64,000 bases of DNA from Spirochaetaceae bacterium (lineage in GTDB: Bacteria > Spirochaetota > Spirochaetia > DSM-2461), in the NCBI GenBank assembly GCA_051531975.1, contig JAOPTT010000006.1, positions 656 through 64,655 on the forward strand. Direction: 5' to 3'. Within the stretch, counting starts at the first letter, position 1, and each line of letters begins with the position of its first letter. Shown one piece after another: positions 11,272-22,253 of this stretch. The notes under the pieces are model-generated. The model was not told where the DNA came from, did not search any database, and saw nothing but the letters and a program-made list of their open reading frames with translations. Made by a program: the position numbers and the translations under genes.

Positions 11272-11835
11272 ATGATTTATAGACAGCAAATAGATGATTT
11301 TACTCCAAAAAATGAACAAGAAAAGATGGATAAAAGTATAATTATAGATTATATAGATCAGTTCCAGTCAACGGTTTTAACACGAGCAAATCGTATCGCA
11401 CATATGACTAGCTCTGGATTAATTCTAAATGAAGATTTGTCTAGAGTTTTAGTTATACATCATAAATTATATAATAATTGGGGTTGGACTGGAGGCCATT
11501 CTGATGGTGATGAAGATCTACTTAAAACTGCAATCAGAGAAGCAAAGGAAGAAACTGGTATTACTGAGATAACTCCACTAACATCAAATATTTTAACTTT
11601 AGACATTCTCCCTGTTTGGGGGCATATTAAAAAAGGACACTATGTTTCTGCTCATTTACATCTGAACGTTGCTTTTGTTTTAATTGCATGTCCTAAACAG
11701 AAACTAATTTTAAATCAAGAAGAAACAAGTGGAGTAAAATGGATTAATGCCTCTGAGATTGGTTCTTATTCTAATGAGCCCGTTTTAATTGATATTTATA
11801 AAAAGTTAATAAAAAGAGCACATGAGTTAAGATAG
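11272..11835 (+). CDS. NUDIX hydrolase
   Basis: GGHSDGDEDLLKTAIREAKEETG Nudix box; SD GAGGAG. Confidence 0.9.
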   Translation: MIYRQQIDDFTPKNEQEKMDKSIIIDYIDQFQSTVLTRANRIAHMTSSGLILNEDLSRVLVIHHKLYNNWGWTGGHSDGDEDLLKTAIREAKEETGITEITPLTSNILTLDILPVWGHIKKGHYVSAHLHLNVAFVLIACPKQKLILNQEETSGVKWINASEIGSYSNEPVLIDIYKKLIKRAHELR

Positions 11836-12354
11836 ATGTTTAATATTAAATTATATAAAAATGATAACTTAAACCTTAACGGAACAACAAAAAAAAGAAT
11901 TGCCATAAGAGCTGTTATAGAACATTCAGGGAAGATTTTATTAGTCCACTCTTCAGTAAATGGCGACTATAAATTTCCCGGTGGTGGTGTAGAAAAAGGC
12001 GAAACCTTCAATCAAACACTAATTAGAGAAGTATTAGAAGAAAGTGGATATCACGTGATAAATATTTTTGAAGAGATGGGAATTGTAGATGAATTTGATC
12101 ATCCAATGGATAAACAATATGACTATTTTTATATGATATCTCATTATTTTAGATGTGATGTTGATCTAAATGATAAACATAGACAAAATTTAGCTTTTTA
12201 TGAAGATGAACTAGGTTTTCTACCAGTTTGGGTTGATTTAGACAAAGCTATAAATACCAATAAAAACATATTAAATCTTGGAACAATAGCACCTCCATGG
12301 ACAGAAAGAGAGACCAGAGTATTGGAATTATTAAAAAATATGAAAAAAAAATGA
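11836..12354 (+). CDS. NUDIX hydrolase
   Basis: PGGGVEKGETFNQTLIREVLEESG Nudix box. Confidence 0.9.
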   Translation: MFNIKLYKNDNLNLNGTTKKRIAIRAVIEHSGKILLVHSSVNGDYKFPGGGVEKGETFNQTLIREVLEESGYHVINIFEEMGIVDEFDHPMDKQYDYFYMISHYFRCDVDLNDKHRQNLAFYEDELGFLPVWVDLDKAINTNKNILNLGTIAPPWTERETRVLELLKNMKKK

Positions 12355-12446
12355 TTTAGTTTTCCAAGACTTAATACATTTTGCATTTATTAATTACTAC
12401 TGAAAAATTAAAATTTATGTTAATATAATTAAAGGAGTAGCAGTTT

Positions 12447-13202
12447 ATGAAACATATAATTATTCTTCTGTTTATATGTAGTAGTTTCATTTTTTCTGAA
12501 AAGCAGAAATTGCTTTTTGTTACTGATGTAAACTTTGCTCCATATTCATTTAAATCAGATGATAAGATTGTTGGTTTTGATATTGATATAATTAAAGAGA
12601 TTGAAAAAAGATTAGATATCGAAATTGAAGTTAAGGGATTCCCATGGAAACGAACTCTAAAACTTATTGAATCTGGTGCTGCCCATGGAGGTTTTTCACT
12701 TTTTAAAACTGATTCCAGGGAGAAGTGGTCAACCTTTACACTTTATCCAATTCATAAAAGTCAGTTTAATATATTTACAAGAAAAGGCGATGAATTTAAA
12801 TATACGAAAGTCTCAGATCTCATTGGAAAAAAAGTTGGCTTAAATCGTGGGTTTGCGATTAGTGATAAATTTGATCAGATGAGTGATAGTGGAGAAATCA
12901 ACGTTATTGAATCTGAGGGTTCTGATACTAATTTTAAACTTTTACAAAATGGTAGAATAGATTGTTATATTGGAAACTATTTTAATTCATTATATTTTCT
13001 TAATAAAAATGATCTCAGGAGTTATTTTTCAATATTACCAAATGAAATTGTACCATCTCGAGATGCTTTTATTGTAATTTCCAATAAAGGTTCGATGAAC
13101 AATAAGGGTGAAATTTTATTTAAAATAAATAAAACTCTAAGAGATATGTATAAAGATGGTACTTACGATCTGATTATCAAACAATATATCGGTATTCAAT
13201 AA
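12447..13202 (+). CDS. Orphan periplasmic solute-binding protein (amino-acid PBP type 2 / SBP family 3)
   Basis: Signal peptide; FAPYSF, GFDIDII, PWKR, LQNGRID; no permease or ATPase nearby. Confidence 0.82.
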   Translation: MKHIIILLFICSSFIFSEKQKLLFVTDVNFAPYSFKSDDKIVGFDIDIIKEIEKRLDIEIEVKGFPWKRTLKLIESGAAHGGFSLFKTDSREKWSTFTLYPIHKSQFNIFTRKGDEFKYTKVSDLIGKKVGLNRGFAISDKFDQMSDSGEINVIESEGSDTNFKLLQNGRIDCYIGNYFNSLYFLNKNDLRSYFSILPNEIVPSRDAFIVISNKGSMNNKGEILFKINKTLRDMYKDGTYDLIIKQYIGIQ

Positions 13203-13302
13203 TTTATTAACACCTCAATTCTTATTAAATATAAATATTAGTTTAAACTTAATAAGGTAATCAAAACTTCAATAGAAATCAAAAACTCTTTTTAGTTCAT
13301 GT

Positions 13303-13357
13303 GCAACTTTTTAAGCATTATTGCAACATATATTTCAACTATAGCAAACAAAGTAGC
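13303..13357 (+). promoter_or_regulatory. Candidate upstream activator array (three GCA-N8-TGC-like boxes)
   Basis: GCAACTTTTTAAGC(13303), GCAACATATATTTC(13323), GCAAACAAAGTAGC(13344); last GC is 42 bp before the -24 GG. Confidence 0.55.
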
Positions 13358-13395
13358 ATGTAGAAGTAATTTCTCATTAATCTTAGCAAAAATTA

Positions 13396-13412
13396 CTGGC
13401 ATAGATATTGCA
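13396..13412 (+). promoter_or_regulatory. sigma54 (-24/-12) promoter
   Basis: CTGGCATAGATATTGCA, GG-N10-GC. Confidence 0.78.
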
Positions 13413-13454
13413 TATAATTTTTAAGCTTTGAATTATAGAAAAAGGAAACATATA

Positions 13455-14120
13455 ATGTTGAATAAAACGTATAATGATAAATGGCAAAATATTGTAAATA
13501 TGATGGCTGAGCTCATAGATGTTCCTGCTGCATTGATAATGAAAATTGATGAAGATAATATAAAAGTATGTATTTCTAGTGAAACAGTCGGTAATCCCTA
13601 TAAAGTTAATGATAAAAATAATTTGCATAACTCAGGTCTGTATGGTGAAACAGTTATAAATTCCAATAATGAGTTATTAGTACCTGATGCTAGAAAATCA
13701 CTATTATGGAAAAAAAATCCTGAAATCAAACTAAATATGTACTCCTACTTAGGCTACCCAATCCATAATCCAGATAATACAATTTTTGGAACTTTGTGTG
13801 TTTTGGATAATAAAGAAAATTTTTATTCAGTTATATTTAGAAAAATTCTAATAAACCTTAGAGAAATAATTGAAGATGACTTAAAAAAGATTTACTTAAA
13901 TGGTGATTTAGGTACGAAACATAAAAATGTTACAGAATATGTCGAAGGAACTAATGATTTCAGAAATATATTAAGAATTTGTGCTAATTGTAAAAATGTT
14001 AAAAATAAGAATGGTGATTGGATAGAAATTGAAGAATATATTGAAAGTAATACTGATACTGATATTACACATAGTTTATGCAAAAAATGTGTTAATAAAT
14101 TATATGGAGATTTGATATAA
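13455..14120 (+). CDS. GAF domain protein with C-terminal CxxC…HxxCxxC zinc-ribbon-like domain
   Basis: YLGYPI..FGTLCVLD GAF end; ICANCK…THSLCKKC; ATG 13455 after AAGGA preferred over TTG 13428. Confidence 0.78.
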   Translation: MLNKTYNDKWQNIVNMMAELIDVPAALIMKIDEDNIKVCISSETVGNPYKVNDKNNLHNSGLYGETVINSNNELLVPDARKSLLWKKNPEIKLNMYSYLGYPIHNPDNTIFGTLCVLDNKENFYSVIFRKILINLREIIEDDLKKIYLNGDLGTKHKNVTEYVEGTNDFRNILRICANCKNVKNKNGDWIEIEEYIESNTDTDITHSLCKKCVNKLYGDLI

Positions 14121-14482
14121 TGAAAAAATGCAGTTTAATATTATTAGTTGATGATGATCTTATGACTCTTAAAGTAGGGGAAGTATTACTTCAGGATCTT
14201 GGATATACGGTAATTACTGTTGAAAATGGATTGGAAGCTTTAAAAATACTAAAAAATAGAAATATTGATTTAATTATATTAGATATGAATATGCCAAAAT
14301 TAAATGGACTAGAAACCCTCATAAAGATTAAGGAATTAGATAGTTCAAATAAAGTTATTATATGTTCAGGATATATCAGTTCTAAAAGTGAATTACTTCT
14401 ATATAAAAATGGTATCTTAGAAATTCTTAAAAAGCCATATAAAATAGACGATTTAGAAAGAGTCCTTTTAAAATTCATATAA
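14120..14482 (+). CDS. Single-domain response regulator
   Basis: VDDD, ILDMNMP, CSG, KKPY. Confidence 0.88.
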   Translation: MKKCSLILLVDDDLMTLKVGEVLLQDLGYTVITVENGLEALKILKNRNIDLIILDMNMPKLNGLETLIKIKELDSSNKVIICSGYISSKSELLLYKNGILEILKKPYKIDDLERVLLKFI

Positions 14483-14569
14483 TATAGAAATAATTTGAGT
14501 ATTTGTATGTCTTTCAATAATACCTATTTTTATGAAAATCTTCATCATAATAGAAATATCTTAATTAGC

Positions 14570-16018
14570 TTATGTTTTAGATTTATTTAATCTTCTATTT
14601 AAAGCTTGTCTACTAATCCCTAATAGTTCAGAAGCATGTAATTGATTATTATTTGACCTTTTCATCGCTTCTTTTATTAGCAGTGTTTCTGCCTGATTAA
14701 AAGTTGGAAAAGGCGTTTTTATTATAAGATTGTCGCAATCAACTTCATTAAATTCAGTGGAATGTGATTCTATTATATCGTTTGATTTGATAAATTTTTC
14801 TATCTTTGGATTCTTTTTTGTTACTCTTAATTTTGAAATAATATGTTCTAGGAGAAGTTCTGAATTTTGTGAAAGAGTTACAGCGTTAAACGCAATATTT
14901 TTTATTTCTCTTACATTCCCTGGAAAATCATAAGCCTTTAAAGATTTATAAACATCTAGAGGTATATTATCTATAACTTTATTTAAATCGTTGCAAGCCA
15001 TTTTAACAAAATGGTTAAATAGTGTGAATATATCATCAGGTCTTTCTCGTAACGGTGGTATTTCAAAACCATGGGTTTCTAATCGGTAGTACAAATCCTT
15101 TCTGAAAAGCCCCTCATCGATTAATTTATGCAGATCTCTATGAGTAGCAAATATAATTTTTGCATTTGTTTTAAGGAGTTTATCTGAACCTACTTGTCTA
15201 TATTCATTTTCCTGAATTATCCTTAATAATATATTCTGTAATTCCAAGCTTAAATCACCTATTTCATCTAAAAAAAGTGTACCATTTTCAGCAGATTTTA
15301 TTAATCCATTTCTATTTAATGCTGCACCAGTAAAGGCACCTTTTACATGACCACATAAGGCATCTTTAAAGTTTTCATTGTTATAACTAGAAACATCCAT
15401 TGCAATGAAAGATCCTGTACAGTTACTCATATCGTGTATTGATTTAGCAAATAATTCTTTTCCGACCCCTGTTTCTCCTGTAATTAATACGGGATATGTA
15501 GATTCTGAGATTGCAGCAATATAGTGAAAAAGTTTGGTAATTTTTTTATTTGTCGTAATTATTGATGAAAAGACTTCTGGTGTTTTTAATTTCTCTTCAA
15601 AAAACTCTTTTTTAAGATTATTAAATGATGTGCTTAATTCAGCAAAATCGAGGGCTTTAGTTATAGATGTAGAGGCTCTTTCCAAATTAATTGGTTTTAC
15701 AAGGTAATCAGAAGCACCACTCTTCATAACCTTTATTACAGATTCAATATCATTAGAACCTGTCATGATGATTACTGGAATTTGAGGATTTTCCTCATTT
15801 ACTATTGTTAGAATTTTTAAACCACTAGTATCAGGTAAATGCAAATCTAAAAGAATTAAATCTACACTGTTCTCTTTTATATAATTCAGTGCAGGTTTAC
15901 CATTATAGAATTTTATAATTTTAGTATAACCTTCAGAATTTAGGAACATAATCATGCTATTGATAATCATTTCATCATCATCAACAATCAAGATAGTTTT
16001 GTCAGTTTTATTTAGCAT
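14570..16018 (-). CDS. sigma54-dependent enhancer-binding response regulator (REC-AAA+-Fis HTH)
   Basis: REC LLDLHLP; Walker A GETGVGKE; GHVKGAFTGA; Walker B LFLDEIGD; FPGNVRE; LLGISRQALNRRL. Confidence 0.92.
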   Translation of the reverse strand: MLNKTDKTILIVDDDEMIINSMIMFLNSEGYTKIIKFYNGKPALNYIKENSVDLILLDLHLPDTSGLKILTIVNEENPQIPVIIMTGSNDIESVIKVMKSGASDYLVKPINLERASTSITKALDFAELSTSFNNLKKEFFEEKLKTPEVFSSIITTNKKITKLFHYIAAISESTYPVLITGETGVGKELFAKSIHDMSNCTGSFIAMDVSSYNNENFKDALCGHVKGAFTGAALNRNGLIKSAENGTLFLDEIGDLSLELQNILLRIIQENEYRQVGSDKLLKTNAKIIFATHRDLHKLIDEGLFRKDLYYRLETHGFEIPPLRERPDDIFTLFNHFVKMACNDLNKVIDNIPLDVYKSLKAYDFPGNVREIKNIAFNAVTLSQNSELLLEHIISKLRVTKKNPKIEKFIKSNDIIESHSTEFNEVDCDNLIIKTPFPTFNQAETLLIKEAMKRSNNNQLHASELLGISRQALNRRLNKSKT

Positions 16019-16270
16019 TTTTATTAATCCTTTGGTTAGTGAATACTATTAATATAATTAGAAATAATCTCAACTATATAACAATTTAATAATAATAAAT
16101 TTTTACATTAAAAATAGAATTTATTGAAGTATAACACAATTTTCAAAGAAAGTGATAATATAGATATTGCATGATGTATAATGATTGCAACTTCACTAAA
16201 ACTGTAAATGTTTTTTACAATATAAAACTGTTCTTTCGAATAATTTAAAAAGTTAAAATAAGGAAATAGA

Positions 16271-17545
16271 ATGAAAAAAAATCAAGAGTTGATCGATGGA
16301 TATATCATGATAGTTGATGACAATTCGATAAATGTAGATCAATTGAAAAAAATATTAGGAGTAGAGAAGTATGAAGTCAAGGCATTTGCAAATAGTAAAG
16401 TCGCTTTAAATACTGCTCTATCAAGTTCTCCGAGTTTAATACTTGTAGATATTGATATGCCAGAAATGGATGGATTTGAGTTTTGCCGTTTATTTAAAGA
16501 ATGTCCTGATAAATCTGAAGTCCCGATAATATTTATACGTTCACATGCTGATACCACAGATATAATAAATATATTTGAGGCTGGTGCAGCCGATTATATA
16601 ACTAAACCATTCCAGAACACAGAAGTTTTAGCAAGAATTAGTACCCATCTAGAACTTTATATCACTAAAATTCATCTTGATGAGTTAGTTCAAAAAAGTT
16701 CTTATGGTACTATTTATAATGTTACTGAAAAATATCAGATGCAAGAAATAATGATAAAGAATGAAAAAATTATTTCAATGGGTAGATTGGCGACTGGTAT
16801 GGCTCATGAAATTAGAAATCCTTTATCTGCAATATCACAGTTCTTCCAGATGATGGCAAGAAAACTAAATTATGATCTGGATAATTCTACAAATATTAAA
16901 GCCGCAGAGGACGCAGGTACAACAATTGAATCAATAAAACATTTTATAACTTCCATAAATATAACTCCAATGTTTGAATCAATAGATATATGCATAAACC
17001 GAATTGTAAAAATTATTGATAATATGCATAAATTTTCCCAGAAAGGTATAGGAATAAAAATATTAACAAACTTACCAATACTAATTAATAACACTTTAGA
17101 TATAATACTTTTGGGAATTTCCTCTAATCAGGAGTTTAGTTATAAACATATTAATATTGTTAAGCAATATGATAATAATATTCCAGATATTATGTGTTTC
17201 GATTCAAAAATACAACAGGTCATTCTCAATATTTTACATAATGGTGCAGATATTATGATGAACAATGGAATAGAGAATCCTCAATTTACTATAAGAATTA
17301 AGTATACTGAGGGGGTACAAATGATATCTATTGAAATTGAAGATAATGGGCCGGGAATATCTGATGAAATTCGTAGTCGTATCTTTGAACCATTTTTTAC
17401 TACTAAGCCTGATAGTGAAGGAACAGGTTTGGGATTAAGTATATCAAACTTTATTATCACTAAAGACCACGGAGGTGAATTACTTGTTGAATCTCAGATG
17501 GGAAAAGGTGCTAAATTCATAATTAATTTACCATTAATTTTATAA
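16271..17545 (+). CDS. Hybrid REC-histidine kinase
   Basis: N-terminal REC (LVDIDMP); H-box GMAHEIRNPL; EDNGPGI, FEPFFTTK, GTGLGL. Confidence 0.9.
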   Translation: MKKNQELIDGYIMIVDDNSINVDQLKKILGVEKYEVKAFANSKVALNTALSSSPSLILVDIDMPEMDGFEFCRLFKECPDKSEVPIIFIRSHADTTDIINIFEAGAADYITKPFQNTEVLARISTHLELYITKIHLDELVQKSSYGTIYNVTEKYQMQEIMIKNEKIISMGRLATGMAHEIRNPLSAISQFFQMMARKLNYDLDNSTNIKAAEDAGTTIESIKHFITSINITPMFESIDICINRIVKIIDNMHKFSQKGIGIKILTNLPILINNTLDIILLGISSNQEFSYKHINIVKQYDNNIPDIMCFDSKIQQVILNILHNGADIMMNNGIENPQFTIRIKYTEGVQMISIEIEDNGPGISDEIRSRIFEPFFTTKPDSEGTGLGLSISNFIITKDHGGELLVESQMGKGAKFIINLPLIL

Positions 17546-17667
17546 ATTAAAATATAGATACTTTTCTTTTTTATGTGTTATTAAATCTTAGTGTCACCAA
17601 TTTAATAGAAAATTAAATTTTGCATTTTGCGCAAATCAATTTCTGTTTTTCCTTTTACTAAAATAAC

Positions 17668-17684
17668 TTGGCATAATTATTGCA
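17668..17684 (+). promoter_or_regulatory. sigma54 (-24/-12) promoter
   Basis: TTGGCATAATTATTGCA, GG-N10-GC. Confidence 0.75.
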
Positions 17685-17718
17685 AAACATTTTATATAAA
17701 AATATTATTGGGGAAAAG

Positions 17719-19581
17719 ATGAAATTAAGAACAAAACTATATAGTGGTTTTTCTATATTGACAATTTTGGCATCGGTTGTAGGTATCACAGCATTAGTTA
17801 TTGCCAGTCAGGTCAAAGCTCAAAGTTCTCTATCGGCAGAGTATATGACTTCTACGATTCAGATTAACAATATGTATGAATCCCATTTGAAATGGAAAGC
17901 CAGTGTTGAAAAAACATTTTTATTTAATCTAGATCAAATAAATGTGCAATTTGATGGACATAAATGTGGATTTGGTACCTACTTTTACGGAAAACCTTTT
18001 GAAGAATTAAAAACCTTAACACCCAAAACAGCCATGATTTTAGCAGAAGCGGAAGAGGCACATTTGGATCTACACAGCTCTGTTCAGACAATAAATGATA
18101 GTTGGGTTCCAATTCATTCAGGTCTGTTGGCAAAACTTCAATTAAGCCTTATACAACACAAACAGTGGTCATTAAATATCTTAACATCTATTGCTACAAA
18201 TAGTAAAATCACAGTTCAGGAAGATCCGACAAAATGTGACTTTGGTAAATTCCTAGGAAGCACTGAAAGTCTAAATGTGGAAAAAATCTGGCCACTTTAC
18301 AGTGAAAAAATATCAGAAATTAAAAATGAACATGAAAAACTACATAGTTTGGTAGATGTAATAAAAATTAGCGATGATACAAATGAACAGGTTAATATCT
18401 TTGAATATCAGCTTTTACCTATTTTATCTGATGTATCACAAAAATTTACTTTTGTAATAAATGAAGAACTAAAACTTGAGAATATTCAGGGTGAAGCAAT
18501 CATCTTTTTTAAAAATAAGACAACTATATATCTCACAAAAGTTCTTGATAAACTAAATAAAGCCACAATACAGCTTTCAAATGAAAGAAAAAAATCTAAT
18601 ATACTATTAGATGAAATACTAACTAAACAAACTTTTATAGTAATTATTGTATTATTATTAATTATTATACTAGCAGTTTTATTAAGTCTAATAATTACAA
18701 GTAGTATATTAAAACAACTTGGTGTTGATCCGGAAGAAATTTTGAAAATATCAAATTTAATAACTAATGGAGAGCTAAATATCAGTTTTGATGAAACAAA
18801 GCCTCTGGTAGGTGTGCATAAATCACTCTTTAGTATGGTTGATAAACTTAAGGATGTGGTATCAGGAATATTATCTAGTTCAGATACTGTTTCATCAGGT
18901 AGTAGTCAATTAAGTGATACAGCAAATCAGATATCCCAGGGTGCGTCTGAACAGGCATCTTCTATTGAAGAGATTTCATCCTCCATGGAAGAGATGGTTT
19001 CAAATATAAGAAAAAATTCTGATAATTCAATACAAACAGAGAAGATAGCATTAAAAACATCGACAGATGCTGAGGCAGGTAGCTTAGCTGTTATAGAAAC
19101 AGTCAATGCTATGCAAAATATCGCTATTAAAATTAACATAATTGAAGAGATCGCTAGAAATACAAATCTTCTTGCATTAAATGCCTCAATAGAAGCTGCA
19201 AGAGCCGGAGAGTATGGTAAGGGATTCGCTGTTGTTGCATCTGAAGTTGGAAAACTTGCAGAACGTAGCCAGATAGCAGCGACTGAAATTAATGAGCTTG
19301 CAGTGAGTAGTGTAAATACTGCTGTAGTCGCCGGAGAAACAATAACTGCAATGTTACCAGATATTCAAAATACTGGGGAACTTGTACAGGAGATAAATGC
19401 TTCATGCAATGAACAAAACGCAGGTTCTGAACAGATTAAACAAGCCATTGTACAGTTAGATAAAGTTATACAGCAAAGTGCAGCGGTTTCTGAGGAATCA
19501 TCTTCTATGGCGGAAGAACTTAGCAGTCAGGCTAAAGTTCTAAAAGATATAATTAGTTTTTTTAAAATGACAACAATATAA
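17719..19581 (+). CDS. MCP with two CZB (zinc-binding) domains between its TM helices
   Basis: ATG 17719 after GGGGA (TTG 17680 lies inside the promoter); HLKW…CGFG…HLDLH and HKQW…CDFG…HEKLH; MCP tip. Confidence 0.9.
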   Translation: MKLRTKLYSGFSILTILASVVGITALVIASQVKAQSSLSAEYMTSTIQINNMYESHLKWKASVEKTFLFNLDQINVQFDGHKCGFGTYFYGKPFEELKTLTPKTAMILAEAEEAHLDLHSSVQTINDSWVPIHSGLLAKLQLSLIQHKQWSLNILTSIATNSKITVQEDPTKCDFGKFLGSTESLNVEKIWPLYSEKISEIKNEHEKLHSLVDVIKISDDTNEQVNIFEYQLLPILSDVSQKFTFVINEELKLENIQGEAIIFFKNKTTIYLTKVLDKLNKATIQLSNERKKSNILLDEILTKQTFIVIIVLLLIIILAVLLSLIITSSILKQLGVDPEEILKISNLITNGELNISFDETKPLVGVHKSLFSMVDKLKDVVSGILSSSDTVSSGSSQLSDTANQISQGASEQASSIEEISSSMEEMVSNIRKNSDNSIQTEKIALKTSTDAEAGSLAVIETVNAMQNIAIKINIIEEIARNTNLLALNASIEAARAGEYGKGFAVVASEVGKLAERSQIAATEINELAVSSVNTAVVAGETITAMLPDIQNTGELVQEINASCNEQNAGSEQIKQAIVQLDKVIQQSAAVSEESSSMAEELSSQAKVLKDIISFFKMTTI

Positions 19582-19709
19582 AAATATAGTCCAAAGAAAA
19601 GTTTCCTAGTAAAATAATGTGGATCTATCGATTAAAGTCATTAATACTATAAAAATACTAAAATAAAATATCAAGTTTTGCATAAATTTATCATTAATAT
19701 CAATAGTTG

Positions 19710-19783
19710 TATTGTTGAATCTATAGCATCTTTTGTTGCATCTACAGCATATTTTGTTGCATCTACAGCATGTTTTGTTGCAT
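19710..19783 (+). repeat. 21-bp tandem repeat (TTTTGTTGCATCTACAGCATN, ~3.5 copies) forming a candidate upstream activator array
   Basis: Units at 19710, 19731, 19752 and 19773 (partial); boxes GCATCTTTTGTTGC, GCATATTTTGTTGC, GCATGTTTTGTTGC. Confidence 0.85.
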
Positions 19784-19832
19784 GTTTTGTAGAAAATCAC
19801 ATATTTTTTTAAATATTGAACAGAGTAAAAAC

Positions 19833-19849
19833 TTGGCACAGCTTTTGCA
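19833..19849 (+). promoter_or_regulatory. sigma54 (-24/-12) promoter
   Basis: TTGGCACAGCTTTTGCA, near-consensus TGGCAC-N5-TTGCA. Confidence 0.88.
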
Positions 19850-19878
19850 AATAATAAGTGTAATTATAGGAGATACTT

Positions 19879-21651
19879 ATGAAATTAAGAACAATATTTA
19901 ACTGGATAATGGTAATTGCTATCATATTAACCGCAAGTTATCTGTATGTAAACGTACAAAGAAATAACATAGTTAATAGCATAGATTTAAAACATAGTGA
20001 AAGATATTTAGCATTTTCAATTGCTGATGAATTTCGACATACTTCTATGAATTTAACTCGTTTTGCCAGAACTTACTCAGCTACAGGTGAACAAAAGTAT
20101 TGGGATGATTATTGGTATATCGTTAATTGGAGGGGTGGAAATGTCAAAAGACCTGAAAATCTTCATAAAGAATTATATCCAGGGGAGAAAATACCTCAAT
20201 TAGATATTATGAAAATAATTGGTTTTACTGATAGTGAGTTTGAGATGTTAAATGAAATTGGAAACATGTCTAATGATTTAATTAATCTTGAGACCCAAGC
20301 AATGGATTCAATAAAATCTAATGAAATAGTTGATGGTCCTGAAACTCCAAAAGATGGTGAAAATGTTTCTGAATTCGCTATAAGAATATTATATAATAAT
20401 ATATATCATAAAGAAGTATATAAAATTTGGGGTACAGTGGAAGAATTTGTAGAAATTCTTGATGAAAGAATATTTCTTGAGTTAGAGACGCTGGAAAATC
20501 AGGAGAATATCATAAATATAGTATCTATTATTATATTATTTGTAATTGTCCTAGGTATAATAGCATTAATAGTATTTCTAATTAGAACAGTATTAAACAG
20601 GCATATTGGTGGTGAACCTTCTGAGGCTGTTGATATTGCACAGAGGATATCAAAAGGTTATTTAGATATAGATTTGAACTCACATAGTAATATTGGTTTA
20701 ATAGGAGCCATGCTTGTTATGGTGGAAAACCTTAGAAATATTGTGACAGAGGTAAGGGGTAGTTCAAAGAATGTAGCATCTGGTAGTGGTCAACTTAGCG
20801 ATACAGCAAATCTAATGTCCCAAGGAGCATCGGAGCAGGCATCTTCCATAGAAGAGATCTCATCATCAATGGAAGAGATGGTATCAAACATTAAACGTAA
20901 TGCAGACAATTCAGCACAAACTGAAAAGATAGCTAGAAAATCTGCAATAGATGCTGAAAATGGTGGGGATGCAGTTAATAAAACCGTTGATGCAATGCGT
21001 CAAATTGCTTCTAAAATAAATATAATTGAAGAGATCGCACGTAATACAAACCTATTAGCACTTAATGCCTCAATTGAAGCTGCTAGAGCTGGAGAGTATG
21101 GTAAAGGATTTGCTGTAGTAGCTTCAGAAGTTGGGAAATTAGCAGAGCGTAGTCAGTTGGCGGCTTCTGAAATAAATGAATTGGCAAGTGGTAGTGTAAA
21201 AGTAGCCGAAAATGCTGGGACTACTATTATGGCCATGATTCCAGATATTCAGCACACAGCTGAGTTAATACAGGAGATCAGTGCTTCAAGTAATGAACAA
21301 AATGCAGGTGCAGAACAGATCAATCAAGCTATTATGCAGTTAGATAAAATTATACAGCAAAATGCAGCAGTATCTGAAGAATCATCTTCAATGGCAGAAG
21401 AATTAAGTAGTCAATCGGAATTATTAAAAGATGTTATTAGCTTTTTCAAAATGTCTGATTCAGATGATAATATGAATCAGAAGAAATCCATTTCTAAAAT
21501 TTCACCCCAAATTTTAAAACAGAAAAATAATAATACTATGCAAAAGCCTAAACATTTGAATGTTAAAACAGGCTTGGATATTTCATTAGATGGAGATGAA
21601 CATTATACAGAGCATAACGATCTTTTAGACAAAGATTATGAGCAATTTTAG
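19879..21651 (+). CDS. Methyl-accepting chemotaxis protein, pentapeptide DYEQF
   Basis: Two TM helices, helical sensor [21 protein letters not shown] tip. Confidence 0.93.
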   Translation: MKLRTIFNWIMVIAIILTASYLYVNVQRNNIVNSIDLKHSERYLAFSIADEFRHTSMNLTRFARTYSATGEQKYWDDYWYIVNWRGGNVKRPENLHKELYPGEKIPQLDIMKIIGFTDSEFEMLNEIGNMSNDLINLETQAMDSIKSNEIVDGPETPKDGENVSEFAIRILYNNIYHKEVYKIWGTVEEFVEILDERIFLELETLENQENIINIVSIIILFVIVLGIIALIVFLIRTVLNRHIGGEPSEAVDIAQRISKGYLDIDLNSHSNIGLIGAMLVMVENLRNIVTEVRGSSKNVASGSGQLSDTANLMSQGASEQASSIEEISSSMEEMVSNIKRNADNSAQTEKIARKSAIDAENGGDAVNKTVDAMRQIASKINIIEEIARNTNLLALNASIEAARAGEYGKGFAVVASEVGKLAERSQLAASEINELASGSVKVAENAGTTIMAMIPDIQHTAELIQEISASSNEQNAGAEQINQAIMQLDKIIQQNAAVSEESSSMAEELSSQSELLKDVISFFKMSDSDDNMNQKKSISKISPQILKQKNNNTMQKPKHLNVKTGLDISLDGDEHYTEHNDLLDKDYEQF

Positions 21652-21660
21652 GAGATATAA

Positions 21661-22170
21661 ATGAGTGATGTTAGCGTATTATTAATTAACCAGTATTTAT
21701 CTTTTACATTAGGCAAAGAAAAATATGGAATAAATATAACAAATGCAAGAGAGGTTCTTGAAGCTACTGAACTGACAAAAGTTCCAAGGATGCCAGAGTT
21801 TATGTGTGGTGTAATCAACTTAAGAGGTAGTGTAGTTCCTGTTATAGATCTTAAGACAAAATTTAAGATGGGTAATACCGATGATAATGAAAAAAATAAT
21901 ATTATCGTTACAGAAATTGATGACCTAGATGATGGAGATGGAAAACTTACAATAGGTATTTATACAGATTCTGTACAAAAAGTCCTTACAATAGAGCCTG
22001 ATGATATAGAGTCTGCACCTAAAATAGGAATTCAGATAAATACAGAATTTATTCATGGTATGGGAAAAGTTAACGATGAGTTTGTCATACTATTAAATAT
22101 TAATAAGATATTAAATAGCAACGATCTTAGTATTATTAATAAAAATAATGATGATGCTGAAGAAGGCTAA
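21661..22170 (+). CDS. cheW: CheW
   Basis: VPRMPEFMCGVINLRGSVVPVIDL. Confidence 0.93.
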   Translation: MSDVSVLLINQYLSFTLGKEKYGINITNAREVLEATELTKVPRMPEFMCGVINLRGSVVPVIDLKTKFKMGNTDDNEKNNIIVTEIDDLDDGDGKLTIGIYTDSVQKVLTIEPDDIESAPKIGIQINTEFIHGMGKVNDEFVILLNINKILNSNDLSIINKNNDDAEEG

Positions 22171-22253
22171 GTATCAAATACAAAAATAGAAGATGTTTTA
22201 TACAACCTATTTATCTGGGTAGTTAATATTTTACTTAAAATTTCAAAACTCTC

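Noticed and set aside
16155..16172. ATAGATATTGCA upstream of the REC-HK resembling the 13396 promoter
   Set aside because: It has the -12 element only; the -24 GG is absent.
17680..17718. TTG start given by the ORF track for the CZB MCP
   Set aside because: It falls inside the -12 box; ATG 17719 has an SD and gives a normal MCP N-terminus.
19710..19783. 21-bp repeats as a CRISPR array or iteron, and the minus-strand ORF 19606-19839 with CCRC repeats
   Set aside because: There are no unique spacers and no cas or rep genes. The Cys-rich peptide is just the translation of the DNA repeat, which fits the promoter-box pattern better.
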